Of a stretch of 64,000 nucleotides of DNA, positions 25,966-34,999 are shown piece after piece (positions within the stretch are counted from its first letter, which is position 1; every line of letters starts with the position of its first letter). Source of the DNA: a virus; IMG/VR virus record IMGVR_UViG_3300034072_002256, positions 11,274 to 75,273 of that record; one strand, written 5' to 3'. A model generated the notes under the pieces. It ran no database searches. It had not been told where the DNA came from and saw nothing but the letters and a program-made list of their open reading frames with translations. Both the position numbers and the translations under genes were made by a program.

Positions 25966-26882
25966 TGACGGCTTTAGTAAAACCCGCCGTTGTTTTTGAA
26001 CTAACAGACCGGGGCGGAGATTACTTCGCTAAGCTCCAGGCATTAGCTACCGGTGTGGATACCGCCTTTGAAGCATACAACCAGCAGCTGGCTGCAGCAC
26101 AAACCGCTGAACAAATTAGCCAGGCGACCGCGCAACTGTATCAACAAACGTCTGATTTGGTTGAAGAGGCCCAAGGTTATGTTACTCAGGTTTACAACGC
26201 TATTGGTACTGCAGGGAATTCCGCTCAATATGCAGCTCAGCTGCTGACTGCCCGGCTTATTGCGGGGGTGCCTTTTAATGGTACGCAAAACATCGTTCTG
26301 ACAGCTGACAATGTCGGCGCAATGTCGAAAACTGCCACTGCAGTCACTGATTGGAATAACGCCCTGACAAATGGGGCCTTTTATTCTTTGAGTGGTGCTG
26401 CCAACGTGCCCAAAGCTGCGGCAGGCTGGCAAGGATTTGTTTCAGTGCTAAACGCTGAAAACGTCCGCCAAATCGTCTGGTCAGCTGATGGTCCTGCTGT
26501 TGAGATATATAGCCGCTGCGGTGACGGCACCACACTGGTTTGGGGAGCTTGGGTTTCGCTACGTCATTCTGCGGACCAACTGGATAATACTGACTACATC
26601 ACAGCCGCATCGTCAATTGCGCGAAAGGGTGTTGTAACCCGCGCAGCAATTGTTCCTGCTACTGCCTCGGTGACAATCACCATTCCTTCCGGCTACCAGA
26701 ATAAAGATCGCATCGAATTAGACGTCATGGTCCCTGCAGGCCGTCAGATAACTCTGTCGTGTGCACTCAGTATGGATGTTGCAAACGGCACCAATGGCAC
26801 CAGTCATACCCTGACGGGGCCTGTATCAGCAACTATTTCCCTCATCAATCGCAGCACATTATGGCAGCTGTTTATTGCCTGA
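25962..26882 (+). CDS. Tail fibre/receptor-binding protein
   Basis: Coiled coil, R.IAGVPFNGTQNI.LTA..VGA fibre motif, DWN.A..NG.Y....AN.P knob-like motif. Confidence 0.7.
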   Translation: MMTALVKPAVVFELTDRGGDYFAKLQALATGVDTAFEAYNQQLAAAQTAEQISQATAQLYQQTSDLVEEAQGYVTQVYNAIGTAGNSAQYAAQLLTARLIAGVPFNGTQNIVLTADNVGAMSKTATAVTDWNNALTNGAFYSLSGAANVPKAAAGWQGFVSVLNAENVRQIVWSADGPAVEIYSRCGDGTTLVWGAWVSLRHSADQLDNTDYITAASSIARKGVVTRAAIVPATASVTITIPSGYQNKDRIELDVMVPAGRQITLSCALSMDVANGTNGTSHTLTGPVSATISLINRSTLWQLFIA

Positions 26883-26899
26883 TGGCATAGGAGAACGCA

Positions 26900-27304
26900 A
26901 TGGAACTTTCAATGTTGCTGGGTGGTGGAATTAAGAGTAACCAAACAGGTTTCGTCTCAATTTCAAACCCACTATACGGCACCGTAAACGGCGAGGACGG
27001 CATCTATATCGATGTAACAATTTCTGCTGTGGATGTGACCAAATCAATCGCCAATTTTGATGGCAATGTGTTTCTGCGAACGTTAGGAACAAGTAACAGC
27101 TCCCTGGGTTTTGGAGTGGATTACATTCGTGCTCAGACAATTGACAGCAATAATGGCGTCTATCAAGCGCTGCAAAGAGTGCGTGCACGACTTATCAACT
27201 CCACCACATTGCGCCTATCAACCATCACAAATTTAGCGGCAAGCGAATATACGTTAGGCGACTGCAAATTCATTGGCCGCTGGCAAGTCGTGGAGACCAA
27301 ATAA
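26900..27304 (+). CDS. Hypothetical tail-associated protein
   Basis: AGGAG RBS; GGIKS.Q.G, VTISAVD..K, WQVVE motifs of fibre-associated proteins. Confidence 0.6.
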   Translation: MELSMLLGGGIKSNQTGFVSISNPLYGTVNGEDGIYIDVTISAVDVTKSIANFDGNVFLRTLGTSNSSLGFGVDYIRAQTIDSNNGVYQALQRVRARLINSTTLRLSTITNLAASEYTLGDCKFIGRWQVVETK

Positions 27305-27305
27305 C

Positions 27306-27821
27306 ATGTTCAGATACGCCATTTTAGACGCTAGTGGTTCGGTGATTAGTATCGCTGACTTATCAGGCCCGGTAGACCTTCCAGACTACATCATGCTGAG
27401 CGCTGATTCGGATGTGCAGACTGGGGACTACTACAACAGGGGCACGGCAGAGTTTAGCCGGCCAGTTCCAATGTTGCCGACGCCGGCACCAAAAATCAGC
27501 GAAACCAATCTTGGCCGCAAAATTACCGCTAATGCATTTCGTGCTCGGTTTGACTGGGATGAGTCTGTGGACTTTGAAAACGCTTTGGCATCAAGTGCAG
27601 AGCTTCGGGTTCTGGATAAGCGCCTGCAGGCCGTTGTTGCCACACATGTTGATTTGGACGACCCGACCTACTCAGCAGTCGCGATGCCGGCATTGGTGAC
27701 GGCGGGGATCCTAACCTCCGCCAGATCAGCAGCAATCCTTGCGGCACCCGTGCAGTGGAAAGAATTACCGCCTTCAATCCAGCAGCAGTTCATTGCTGCC
27801 GGCTATCAAATCGACGTTTAA
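27306..27821 (+). CDS. Putative tail fibre assembly/chaperone-like protein
   Basis: Likely ATG at 27306; IT..AF..RF...E, VDLDDP, GILT..R...IL motifs. Confidence 0.55.
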   Translation: MFRYAILDASGSVISIADLSGPVDLPDYIMLSADSDVQTGDYYNRGTAEFSRPVPMLPTPAPKISETNLGRKITANAFRARFDWDESVDFENALASSAELRVLDKRLQAVVATHVDLDDPTYSAVAMPALVTAGILTSARSAAILAAPVQWKELPPSIQQQFIAAGYQIDV

Positions 27822-27832
27822 ACAGGGTTTAA

Positions 27833-28294
27833 ATGATGGATGAATTACAAAAAGTACAGTTAATTTTTGCGCGGGGTCACTCTGTTGGCAGTTATGCGAT
27901 CCGCGTACGCTACCAGTCGCGCTGGTCCCACGTAGCCATCATTATTGGCGATGTGGTGCACGAGGCCATCTATCCGGATGGCGTGGTGAAAACACCGCTG
28001 CAGGAATTTAAAGACCGTTATGGTGCTGGCAACTGGGAGATTGCAACCGCATACGCCGCGCCTGGCTGGCAAACTCGGGCCAATAGCTTGCTTGGCCTTG
28101 AGTACGATTTCTGGGGCGCCGTTGGCATTGGGTTTGGCACTCGCAAACTGGATAACCCGTTTGCGCTTTGGTGTAGCCACCATACGGCCATCATCCTTGG
28201 CACTTTACGCCAGGAACGTCTGAACCGTCTGGCGCCGGAGCATTTGTGGATTGTTACACAGCCGGCAAATGATGCCGCAGGAGTTGCAGCATGA
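27833..28294 (+). CDS. Permuted NlpC/P60 (papain-like) amidase-family protein
   Basis: WSHVAI...EA..P.GV, G..YDF, WCS: His before Cys (permuted order). Confidence 0.75.
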   Translation: MMDELQKVQLIFARGHSVGSYAIRVRYQSRWSHVAIIIGDVVHEAIYPDGVVKTPLQEFKDRYGAGNWEIATAYAAPGWQTRANSLLGLEYDFWGAVGIGFGTRKLDNPFALWCSHHTAIILGTLRQERLNRLAPEHLWIVTQPANDAAGVAA

Positions 28295-28980
28295 GCTTAC
28301 ATTCAGTATTGGAGGCCATGCGTGGCCAGCCATATCCAGTGATCCTCGAAACGTTACGCCAGCAATCAGCACCTGCCATTGGCAAAATCCAAGGCAGCCA
28401 GCTGAAACTCCTGCAGTCGTTTATCGGTGCCACCGGGTTACGTAATCGGTTGGCGAATGCGACTCCGGAACAAGCAGCCGCTGCGGCATCAGTCACAGAA
28501 GCCATTCAACCAGCTTATCTGGCGCGGGAAGACTCATACAGCATCAATCTGGCCGACCCACAGGTTGCGCAGCTACTGATCGATGCCGTAAGTGCTGGCG
28601 TTTTGACTGCAGACGAAAAAGCTTACCTGATCCAACTAGCGACCTATTCAAAGCCACTCTGGCCAAACGTGACACTGCGTGACGTTGTGGCTTATTTCGA
28701 ACCGAGCCTGGTTGATGTGGGGGATTGGGTCGAAGTGGAACCGGGCGAGTCTCAGCGGTTACGTTTGAAGTTGGCCGCAGTCACGCCAGAATCCACATAT
28801 ATAGTGGTGCAGATGCAGGAAAACGACGGCGAGTGGTCGGAATGGTTCCATGCGACAGCACACCATGGCATCCAGCAGCTGCGCTCATACACCTTTGCGG
28901 TGCCTCATAACGGTTTACCGCGCCGGATGCGCTGGCGTGGTGGCGAATACCGCATTGACGGCACTGTGACGGCGGTCTGA
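28291..28980 (+). CDS. Hypothetical protein
   Basis: 229-aa ORF coupled to neighbours, GGAG RBS. Confidence 0.7.
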   Translation: MSLHSVLEAMRGQPYPVILETLRQQSAPAIGKIQGSQLKLLQSFIGATGLRNRLANATPEQAAAAASVTEAIQPAYLAREDSYSINLADPQVAQLLIDAVSAGVLTADEKAYLIQLATYSKPLWPNVTLRDVVAYFEPSLVDVGDWVEVEPGESQRLRLKLAAVTPESTYIVVQMQENDGEWSEWFHATAHHGIQQLRSYTFAVPHNGLPRRMRWRGGEYRIDGTVTAV

Positions 28981-28981
28981 T

Positions 28982-30256
28982 ATGCCTAATGCAGTAACTA
29001 CTCAAGGCCAAGGCGCAGATGCTTTTATTTCAATGCCCAGCTGCACAATCAATGCCGGCACAAACACTGGCATCAGCGGTATTGAGATTGATGTAAAACC
29101 TTTAACAGGCAGCGCTGCAGGATTCATCAACCTGTTTGGCGTTTCGTCTACCAATGTGACAGCGTTGCGGATAAATACTGCGACACAAACCCTTCAATGG
29201 CGATACAGCAGTACGGTTTATCTTGAGTCTGCTGCGGGTACAGCTCCACTTAATGAGCGTCACAAGTATGGTGCTGAGTGGGAAGAGTCTACTTTATCGC
29301 TGTATTTAACTAAAAATGGTGTCCGAATTGCTGGGCCATACGTTGCCCCATCTGCAGGCTCTTTGATTACCAATGTTCCGTGGAATCAAATTGGTAAGGT
29401 TGGCTCGACTGCACCTGGTGGTGCGATGGCATTCGAGCTTTATGGCGTTCGGACCTACGGCAATAACTGCAGCTATCAATCGCAATGGGATGAAACTGGC
29501 GCGAGTGGTGCCGGTACTGCTTGGGCAAATGACTCAGTTGACAGAAATCTAAACCTAACAAGTTTTGCTGGCACATCCAACAGTTGGTGGGTGTTTTACA
29601 GCAACCTCTATATCGGTGAAGGCACTTTCAACGCTATCGCAACAGCGAGCGTTGCACTGACAGGTTCTAAAATTGGCAATGGAAGCATCCCGGCAGTAGT
29701 TGCCGCAGCTGTTGCAGGCAACGGCTGCAAAATTGGTACCGCGCAGCTCAGCACGCCAATTGCTGCCGGCATTGAAATGTCCGCGGTAAAAGTTGGCGTG
29801 GCTGAAATGCCAATCGAGGCAAATGCTGAGGTCGATCTTTACTCCGGCAATCTGTACATCGGAACGGGCACTTTTTCCGTGTCCGCTGACGCGAACGTGA
29901 CTCTGGTGGGTTCAAAAGTCGGCTGCAGTGCGGTTGAGTTTGTTGCCGTGGCCACTAGCTATCTGAATGCGACCAAGACAGCAAATAGTATCGCGCCAGT
30001 TCCAGCGACATCTGCATTGGCGTTTGATGGCTATAAGATTGGATATGCACCAGCTGTTGTACATGCATCTGTCGCCATGACGTTATCAGGTGGTCGCGTA
30101 ACAAATGAATCCGCGCCTGTAACTGTCGTATTCATTCGAACATCCAGCAAGTTGTCATACAACGTCAAAACATCAAGTCGCACCATCCACAGCGTCAAAA
30201 CGACCAGCCGTTACCAATATCACTTGAAGACTTTTAGCGGAGGCGACCATGCCTGA
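28982..30256 (+). CDS. Putative accessory virion protein (beta-sandwich/LamG-like N-terminus, repetitive C-terminus)
   Basis: Beta-rich N-half; C-half has periodic K(I/V)G repeats and two LYIG.GTF motifs. Confidence 0.6.
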   Translation: MPNAVTTQGQGADAFISMPSCTINAGTNTGISGIEIDVKPLTGSAAGFINLFGVSSTNVTALRINTATQTLQWRYSSTVYLESAAGTAPLNERHKYGAEWEESTLSLYLTKNGVRIAGPYVAPSAGSLITNVPWNQIGKVGSTAPGGAMAFELYGVRTYGNNCSYQSQWDETGASGAGTAWANDSVDRNLNLTSFAGTSNSWWVFYSNLYIGEGTFNAIATASVALTGSKIGNGSIPAVVAAAVAGNGCKIGTAQLSTPIAAGIEMSAVKVGVAEMPIEANAEVDLYSGNLYIGTGTFSVSADANVTLVGSKVGCSAVEFVAVATSYLNATKTANSIAPVPATSALAFDGYKIGYAPAVVHASVAMTLSGGRVTNESAPVTVVFIRTSSKLSYNVKTSSRTIHSVKTTSRYQYHLKTFSGGDHA

Positions 30257-30578
30257 TCCATTAGTGCAGCTCAGACAGGGTACTGGCGGTGTCATTAACA
30301 TTGAACACGATATCGATGGCCAACCAATTGACGGTATAACAGCCGCTAAATATGAGCTTAGAGACCGAGGCGGCAACGTCTTGCTGACCTTAACAGAAGG
30401 TGCAGGCATCACCTGGAAAGATGGGTATATCGTCATTTCTATCACAAAAGACCAGTGCAAAACGCTTGCTGGCAATTACGAACATGAATGCGCTGCAGTT
30501 GACTTGGCTGGGCGCGATTTAACGGTCCTTGAAGGCCCCATTAACTTTAAACCACGTAAGACTTGGAGCGAATTATGA
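30249..30578 (+). CDS. Small beta-rich virion protein (BppU-N-like)
   Basis: L.QG..., I.I.IT..Q...L.G.Y.HE, TVL.G pattern. Confidence 0.55.
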   Translation: MPDPLVQLRQGTGGVINIEHDIDGQPIDGITAAKYELRDRGGNVLLTLTEGAGITWKDGYIVISITKDQCKTLAGNYEHECAAVDLAGRDLTVLEGPINFKPRKTWSEL

Positions 30579-30928
30579 GCATGTCTGATAAAGCAAAAAA
30601 CAGGGCGGCGAACGCGATCATTGCAGTACAGGCGTCATTGCATAGCGGTGACCCAGGCGCTGATGGCGCAGCCAATGAGCTACCGACAGCAGGTGGCATC
30701 TATTCCCGCAAGCCAACTAACTACGGAGCTGCGGTGGCGGGGAAGCGCAGCCTGCCTGCTGATATTCTTTTTGACACACCACCGGGTTCATCGGTGTCAC
30801 ACTATGTGATTTGGGATGAAGACGGTGACGTAGTTAAAATTGGGCAGTTCGCTAAGACAGAAACTTACTCTGGCCAAGGCCAGCACAAGATAAAGGCTAT
30901 TGGAAGTGAGCTGACTGTCAACGGTTAA
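30575..30928 (+). CDS. Tail-fibre-associated small protein
   Basis: SLH..DPG..G.ANE...Y.R motif, VSH..IWD. Confidence 0.6.
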   Translation: MSMSDKAKNRAANAIIAVQASLHSGDPGADGAANELPTAGGIYSRKPTNYGAAVAGKRSLPADILFDTPPGSSVSHYVIWDEDGDVVKIGQFAKTETYSGQGQHKIKAIGSELTVNG

Positions 30929-30959
30929 GCCAAACAGTCATACCTGTTTCAGATGAATG

Positions 30960-30982
30960 AAAGCCCCGTTTAAGGGGCTTTT
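30960..30982 (+). terminator. Rho-independent terminator ending the P1 late operon
   Basis: AAAGCCCC-GTTTAA-GGGGCTTTT. Confidence 0.85.
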
Positions 30983-31014
30983 AACTATCTCAAAATAAAT
31001 AAACCGATTCGTTT

Positions 31015-31096
31015 GGTTTGATAAATTTGTATCGTTGAGTTTGATAATTTATCAAACCGTGCGGCGCAAATTTATCAAACCGTGCGGCGCGCTACA
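31015..31096. repeat. P1 right end with transposase-binding sites
   Basis: AATTTATCAAACCGTGCGGCGC at 31046-31067 and 31069-31090; inverted GGTTTGATAAATTT at 31015-31028; terminal TACA. Confidence 0.88.
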
Positions 31097-31101
31097 GGAT
31101 G
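31097..31101. other. 5-bp inter-prophage spacer GGATG (probable shared target-site duplication)
   Basis: Exactly 5 bp between terminal CA and TG; Mu makes 5-bp duplications. Confidence 0.75.
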
Positions 31102-31127
31102 TGTAACCCGTCATAGAGTTTGAAAAA
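31102..31127. repeat. P2 left end (L1-type site)
   Basis: TGTAACCCGTCATAGAGTTTGAAAAA aligns with the right-end reverse complement TGTAGCGCGCCGCACGGTTTGATAAA (TGTA and GTTTGA in register). Confidence 0.82.
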
Positions 31128-31230
31128 GGATAAGGGAAAAGTGGGATTTGCCGGGAATAGCCGAAAACACGTGGGAGCCTTGGAAAATAAGGCTTTGCGG
31201 GTTTTGAAGAAAACTTTTCAGGAATGATGA

Positions 31231-31440
31231 GATCGGACGTAAAAAGCGTTAAAGATGAAAAATACTTTCGGACGCTAGAGAATAACCCACATAGTATGAA
31301 AAAACGTCCGATTTAAGAAATCGATGCCTAGCGCGGCTTACAGAACAATACTTATCAAATTATCATAATAAAGTGGTGATCGGACACCAGGATAGATCGG
31401 ACGTGGGATAACGGAAGGATCGGACCTGGTATGTCCGATC
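31231..31440. repeat. Cluster of 7 (GA)TCGGAC motifs
   Basis: GATCGGAC at 31231, 31378, 31395, 31418; TTCGGAC at 31267; inverted copies at about 31304-31312 and 31433-31440. Confidence 0.8.
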
Positions 31441-31453
31441 CTCAGCTTAAAAA

Positions 31454-32284
31454 CTACTCTTTTGACTTATTTCTGGATCTTGCAGATGACAATGAACGGT
31501 AGACTTTATCTAATGATTCATCAGTAAGTTCAGTCAAGCTCTGCACACCAAATTCACTTAGTTTCGAAACTAGCCAACGCTTCCCGAACTCTGAGTTCGT
31601 ATTCACTTTGATGTATGCATACTTTCGATTTCGCCAAGAAGAATTGTCCGATTTTTCAGCTGCTGTGGTTGAATTCAATCGGCCAATCCACTTCAAGAGA
31701 TAAGTTTCAGCAGTGGAAAACTTTTCAAGGGGCAGCAATCGATAAGATGCAACCTTGCAATGAGAATTGAGCGAAGACCAAATAGACCGATATCCCTTCG
31801 GCGCTTTCTTCGTGATCTCTTCTAAACGAACGACTTCAGCGACTAATTCAGTCAATCTGGAGGCTTGAGATTCGCTAATGTGCTCAATCCCTGGTGAAGT
31901 TTTCGCGATTGTGACTTTTTTTAGATTGTTTGTGACGATGTTATTCACAGTTGATCCGGCTTCTGCCTTCATCAGCAAATTCCCAGAATTCTGTTTTACC
32001 ACTAATTTAGATTCATTCACCCTGGGGGGGACTGCAGGCGCATTTGCATCTTCAGCGTCCTGCAGATTAGCGGATTTTATTCCCGTCAGTACGTATTGAA
32101 CGTCAATTCCATATCCAGCTGATTTAGCTAGGAGTTCGGCGTCTAAACGACTTTGCCCGATTTCATATCGGCGCAAAGTTTCCGCACTAATTCCAAGTTT
32201 GTCAGCAAAATCGCGTTGTGAATATCCTATCCGGCTCCGTTCTTCAACGAGACGAAGCGCAATATCAGCTCTGTCAAAACTCAT
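31454..32284 (-). CDS. Prophage repressor (XRE HTH) with C-terminal ORF6C-like region
   Basis: RL.EER.R.GYSQ.DFA..LGIS..T..RYE.G; divergent from ner at the left end; likely ATG at 32284. Confidence 0.85.
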   Translation of the reverse strand: MSFDRADIALRLVEERSRIGYSQRDFADKLGISAETLRRYEIGQSRLDAELLAKSAGYGIDVQYVLTGIKSANLQDAEDANAPAVPPRVNESKLVVKQNSGNLLMKAEAGSTVNNIVTNNLKKVTIAKTSPGIEHISESQASRLTELVAEVVRLEEITKKAPKGYRSIWSSLNSHCKVASYRLLPLEKFSTAETYLLKWIGRLNSTTAAEKSDNSSWRNRKYAYIKVNTNSEFGKRWLVSKLSEFGVQSLTELTDESLDKVYRSLSSARSRNKSKE

Positions 32285-32294
32285 AAAAATCCGT

Positions 32295-32323
32295 TTGACT
32301 ACCACAATATTGTGGTATATCTT
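32295..32323 (+). promoter_or_regulatory. Early promoter with perfect 18-bp palindromic operator
   Basis: TTGACT-17-TATCTT; TACCACAATATTGTGGTA at 32300-32317 fills the spacer. Confidence 0.8.
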
Positions 32324-32389
32324 TTAATTGAAATCGAAACAAACCTTCATTGCAATTGCAGTGCAATGACATCAAAACGGGTAATTATC

Positions 32390-32662
32390 ATGGACAAAGA
32401 CGCTATTAAGCAAGCGCTTCATGCCAAAGGGTTTTCCTTCACCATGATCGCTGAAGCTTTAGGAGTTGGACCGAACGCGGTGTCTGCTATCGCCTCACGA
32501 AGAGGCCAATCTAAACGAGTTGCTGATGCTATAGCAAAGGCGCTCGAAATGCCGGTTGAGGAAATATTCCCAGATATCGAAAGTTACAAACGTGACAGGC
32601 TGCCATGTGGCAAAGAAAAGGATGCCAAGCGAGCTGAACTAGCCAAGTTATTGGCGAGCTGA
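32390..32662 (+). CDS. ner: Ner-like HTH regulator
   Basis: IK.AL..KG.S...IA, IA.AL......IFP motifs; between repressor and transposase. Confidence 0.8.
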   Translation: MDKDAIKQALHAKGFSFTMIAEALGVGPNAVSAIASRRGQSKRVADAIAKALEMPVEEIFPDIESYKRDRLPCGKEKDAKRAELAKLLAS

Positions 32663-32669
32663 GGTCTAT

Positions 32670-34931
32670 ATGCAGGAATGGTTTGTTGCAAACGAAATTG
32701 CAGGTCTGCCTGGGTTACCAACTACAGAGCGGCGTACCCGTGATTCACTCGAAAAGCTTGTTGAAGGCAAGCCTGGGCTAAAGCGAAATCGTGAAGGTAC
32801 TCGTGGTTTTGAGTACCACTACACCTGTCTTTCAGTCGAAGCTCAATCCGTATTGCTTGAACGCTCTTTACTGGCAGGCAATTCAGAGAAAACAGTAATT
32901 GAAGAAAAATCAGTAACACGCAAGGAGTGCTCTGATTCAAGGACGCGTGCTGAAGACAAAATTAGCAAGGGTTTGGCCGCTCTTGGTCAGATCGTTGCGC
33001 TTGAACCTAAAAAACGAGAGTTAGTTGAAGCAAAAATTGCTCTTGTTCGTGCTTATGACGACTACCTTGAACAATTTGAAGTCACCCGCAGCAAATGCGC
33101 GGGAGAGCGTGCATTCATAGAAAACTATGATTTGCTAGTTCCAGACTGGATTCGTAAATCAATTCCTAGCGTCAGCATTAGTACTATTAAACGAGCAAAA
33201 AAGGGTATTGAAAGCCACAAAATTGCAGAGCTGGCCGGAAACTACAAATCTGACAAGAAGTCAGTTTTCGATCTCAATACAGAAATGGCGAATTTTGTTC
33301 TGGCTTTGATTACAGCCAAACCGCATTTCATCAGCAAGCCGAAAACTGTTAAAAACGCGATACAAGTCAAGATTAATGAAGGCTACAACTGGCCAAACGT
33401 CTCTAATAGTTCGGTTAGCAGGCATCTTTCAAAATTAACGAAAACTTTGTCGGCAGAGCTTGCATATGCAACTAACCCTAAGGAGTACAACAACAGCCAT
33501 CGCCCAATTTTTGCTGAGATGTATAGCTGGATCACTGGACCAAACCAAGTTTGGGAACTTGATTCCACGCCAACAGATGTTCAGCTCAACGTCGCCGGAA
33601 AAGCTCGTAGATATAGTGTCATTGGCGCAATTGACGTTTTTACGCGGCGAATGAAAGTAGTTTTAATGCCGTCAAGTTCCAGTGAGGGCATTTGTCTGTT
33701 ACTTCGAAAATGCTTGCTGGAATGGGGTATCCCCCAGGAAGGCGCTGTAATAAGGACAGACAACGGATCGGACTATGTAAGCAAAACAACTACCGGGCTT
33801 TTCAGCATGCTGGGCCTCTCTCAAAGCAGAGCCAAGGCATTCAGCGGTTGGGAAAAACCATTTATTGAGCGTGCATTCAAAACTATGTCGCACTCATTAA
33901 TGGAGAAATTACCAGCATATGTGGGGCACGATGTTGCCGACAAAAAGCGACTGCAAGAAATGCTCAGCTTCGCAGAAAGTATCGGCGCAAAACGCAAAGA
34001 GCGAGATCGCCAACTTCTTGAAATCAGTCTAACGCCTGAAAGGCTTCAGGCAGCACTCGATGATTGGTTGGAATTTGATTACCACCACCAACCGCACGAA
34101 GGCCTTAACAAAAGAACTCCGTTTGAGGTTTATTCGGAGAGCGGCTATCGACCGCAGTTGCCAGAAAATTCTCATAGTTTGGACATCCTTTTAAATTATG
34201 TCGGGACTGCCACAGTGGTTCGCGGCGGCGTGTCCGCCATGAACGTCAAATTTACATCACCGGAGCTGATGGAACCGATTTGGGACCGAAGAAAAGTACG
34301 TGTTTTTCTTGATCCATCAGATGTTGGTCGAGCAACTTTGTACCCACTTGATAGTTGGGATATGCACGTCGAGGCCGTGAATATCGACCTTATTGGGCGC
34401 GACATAGATCCCGCAATGTTCAGGGAAAGTCGCCGAGAAGCAGCTAAAACTTTGCGCAAGTTCAAACAATCAGCAGCTGCGCTTCAAAAGGATTTTGGTA
34501 TTGATGATCTTGCAGCATTAGAGCTGGCACAAAAGAAATTGGCCAATAGCAGTCTAGTTGCATTTAACAAAACTGAAGTGGACATAAACAATCCAGCCAT
34601 TTCTGCATTGAGCAAAACGGCGACCGTTTTGATGGATGGTAAGAAAGAACGTACATGGTCTGAAGCAGAGCTAAAAGCCATTGAAGCTAGGAGGCAATCA
34701 TTAGAGCAACAGAGAGCGGCGCAGGCCCGCAGGGAAGAAAACCTTTCTGAGCAATCACGTGTAGTACTTCGCACTGAACACGAACAAGCAGAGTGGCTTA
34801 CCCGCGAAAGCTTGGTTCGGGATCTTAGCGAGGTCGAAAAAACTTGGCTAATTAAATTCCGCAATACACACGTGATGACGAGAAAACGGCTGGACAGAAT
34901 TCTAGAAGAAAGCAAGCGCGGAGTCGGTTAG
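32670..34931 (+). CDS. Mu-type DDE transposase (A protein)
   Basis: N-terminal Mu HTH (EIAGLPGLP..., EYH); WELDSTPTD / RTDNGSDY / KPFIERAF catalytic triad. Confidence 0.95.
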   Translation: MQEWFVANEIAGLPGLPTTERRTRDSLEKLVEGKPGLKRNREGTRGFEYHYTCLSVEAQSVLLERSLLAGNSEKTVIEEKSVTRKECSDSRTRAEDKISKGLAALGQIVALEPKKRELVEAKIALVRAYDDYLEQFEVTRSKCAGERAFIENYDLLVPDWIRKSIPSVSISTIKRAKKGIESHKIAELAGNYKSDKKSVFDLNTEMANFVLALITAKPHFISKPKTVKNAIQVKINEGYNWPNVSNSSVSRHLSKLTKTLSAELAYATNPKEYNNSHRPIFAEMYSWITGPNQVWELDSTPTDVQLNVAGKARRYSVIGAIDVFTRRMKVVLMPSSSSEGICLLLRKCLLEWGIPQEGAVIRTDNGSDYVSKTTTGLFSMLGLSQSRAKAFSGWEKPFIERAFKTMSHSLMEKLPAYVGHDVADKKRLQEMLSFAESIGAKRKERDRQLLEISLTPERLQAALDDWLEFDYHHQPHEGLNKRTPFEVYSESGYRPQLPENSHSLDILLNYVGTATVVRGGVSAMNVKFTSPELMEPIWDRRKVRVFLDPSDVGRATLYPLDSWDMHVEAVNIDLIGRDIDPAMFRESRREAAKTLRKFKQSAAALQKDFGIDDLAALELAQKKLANSSLVAFNKTEVDINNPAISALSKTATVLMDGKKERTWSEAELKAIEARRQSLEQQRAAQARREENLSEQSRVVLRTEHEQAEWLTRESLVRDLSEVEKTWLIKFRNTHVMTRKRLDRILEESKRGVG

Positions 34932-34999
34932 CGGCCACACCCGCGCTTGCCAAGCAAACCTGTGGTGGTCCCACAGAATTTACATAACGGAGTATATCG

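Larger units (their letters stand above)
1..31096 (+). mobile_element. Mu-like transposable prophage P1 (left part outside window; right end at 31096)
   Basis: Mu-type gene order Mor, lysis, gp25-27, terminase, portal, F, G, I, T, tail. Terminal ...TACA preceded by tandem 22-bp repeats. Confidence 0.95.

Noticed and set aside
25962-31096. Diversity-generating retroelement or invertible fibre segment
   Set aside because: No reverse transcriptase, invertase, template/variable repeat pair or flanking inverted repeats seen.
31100-31103. Alternative P2 left end at TG 31100
   Set aside because: Only a start at 31102 puts TGTA and GTTTGA in register with the right-end sequence.
31046-31440. CRISPR array
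   Set aside because: The 22-bp repeats have no spacers and the 8-bp motifs are irregularly spaced in both orientations; no cas genes. They are better explained as protein-binding sites at phage ends.
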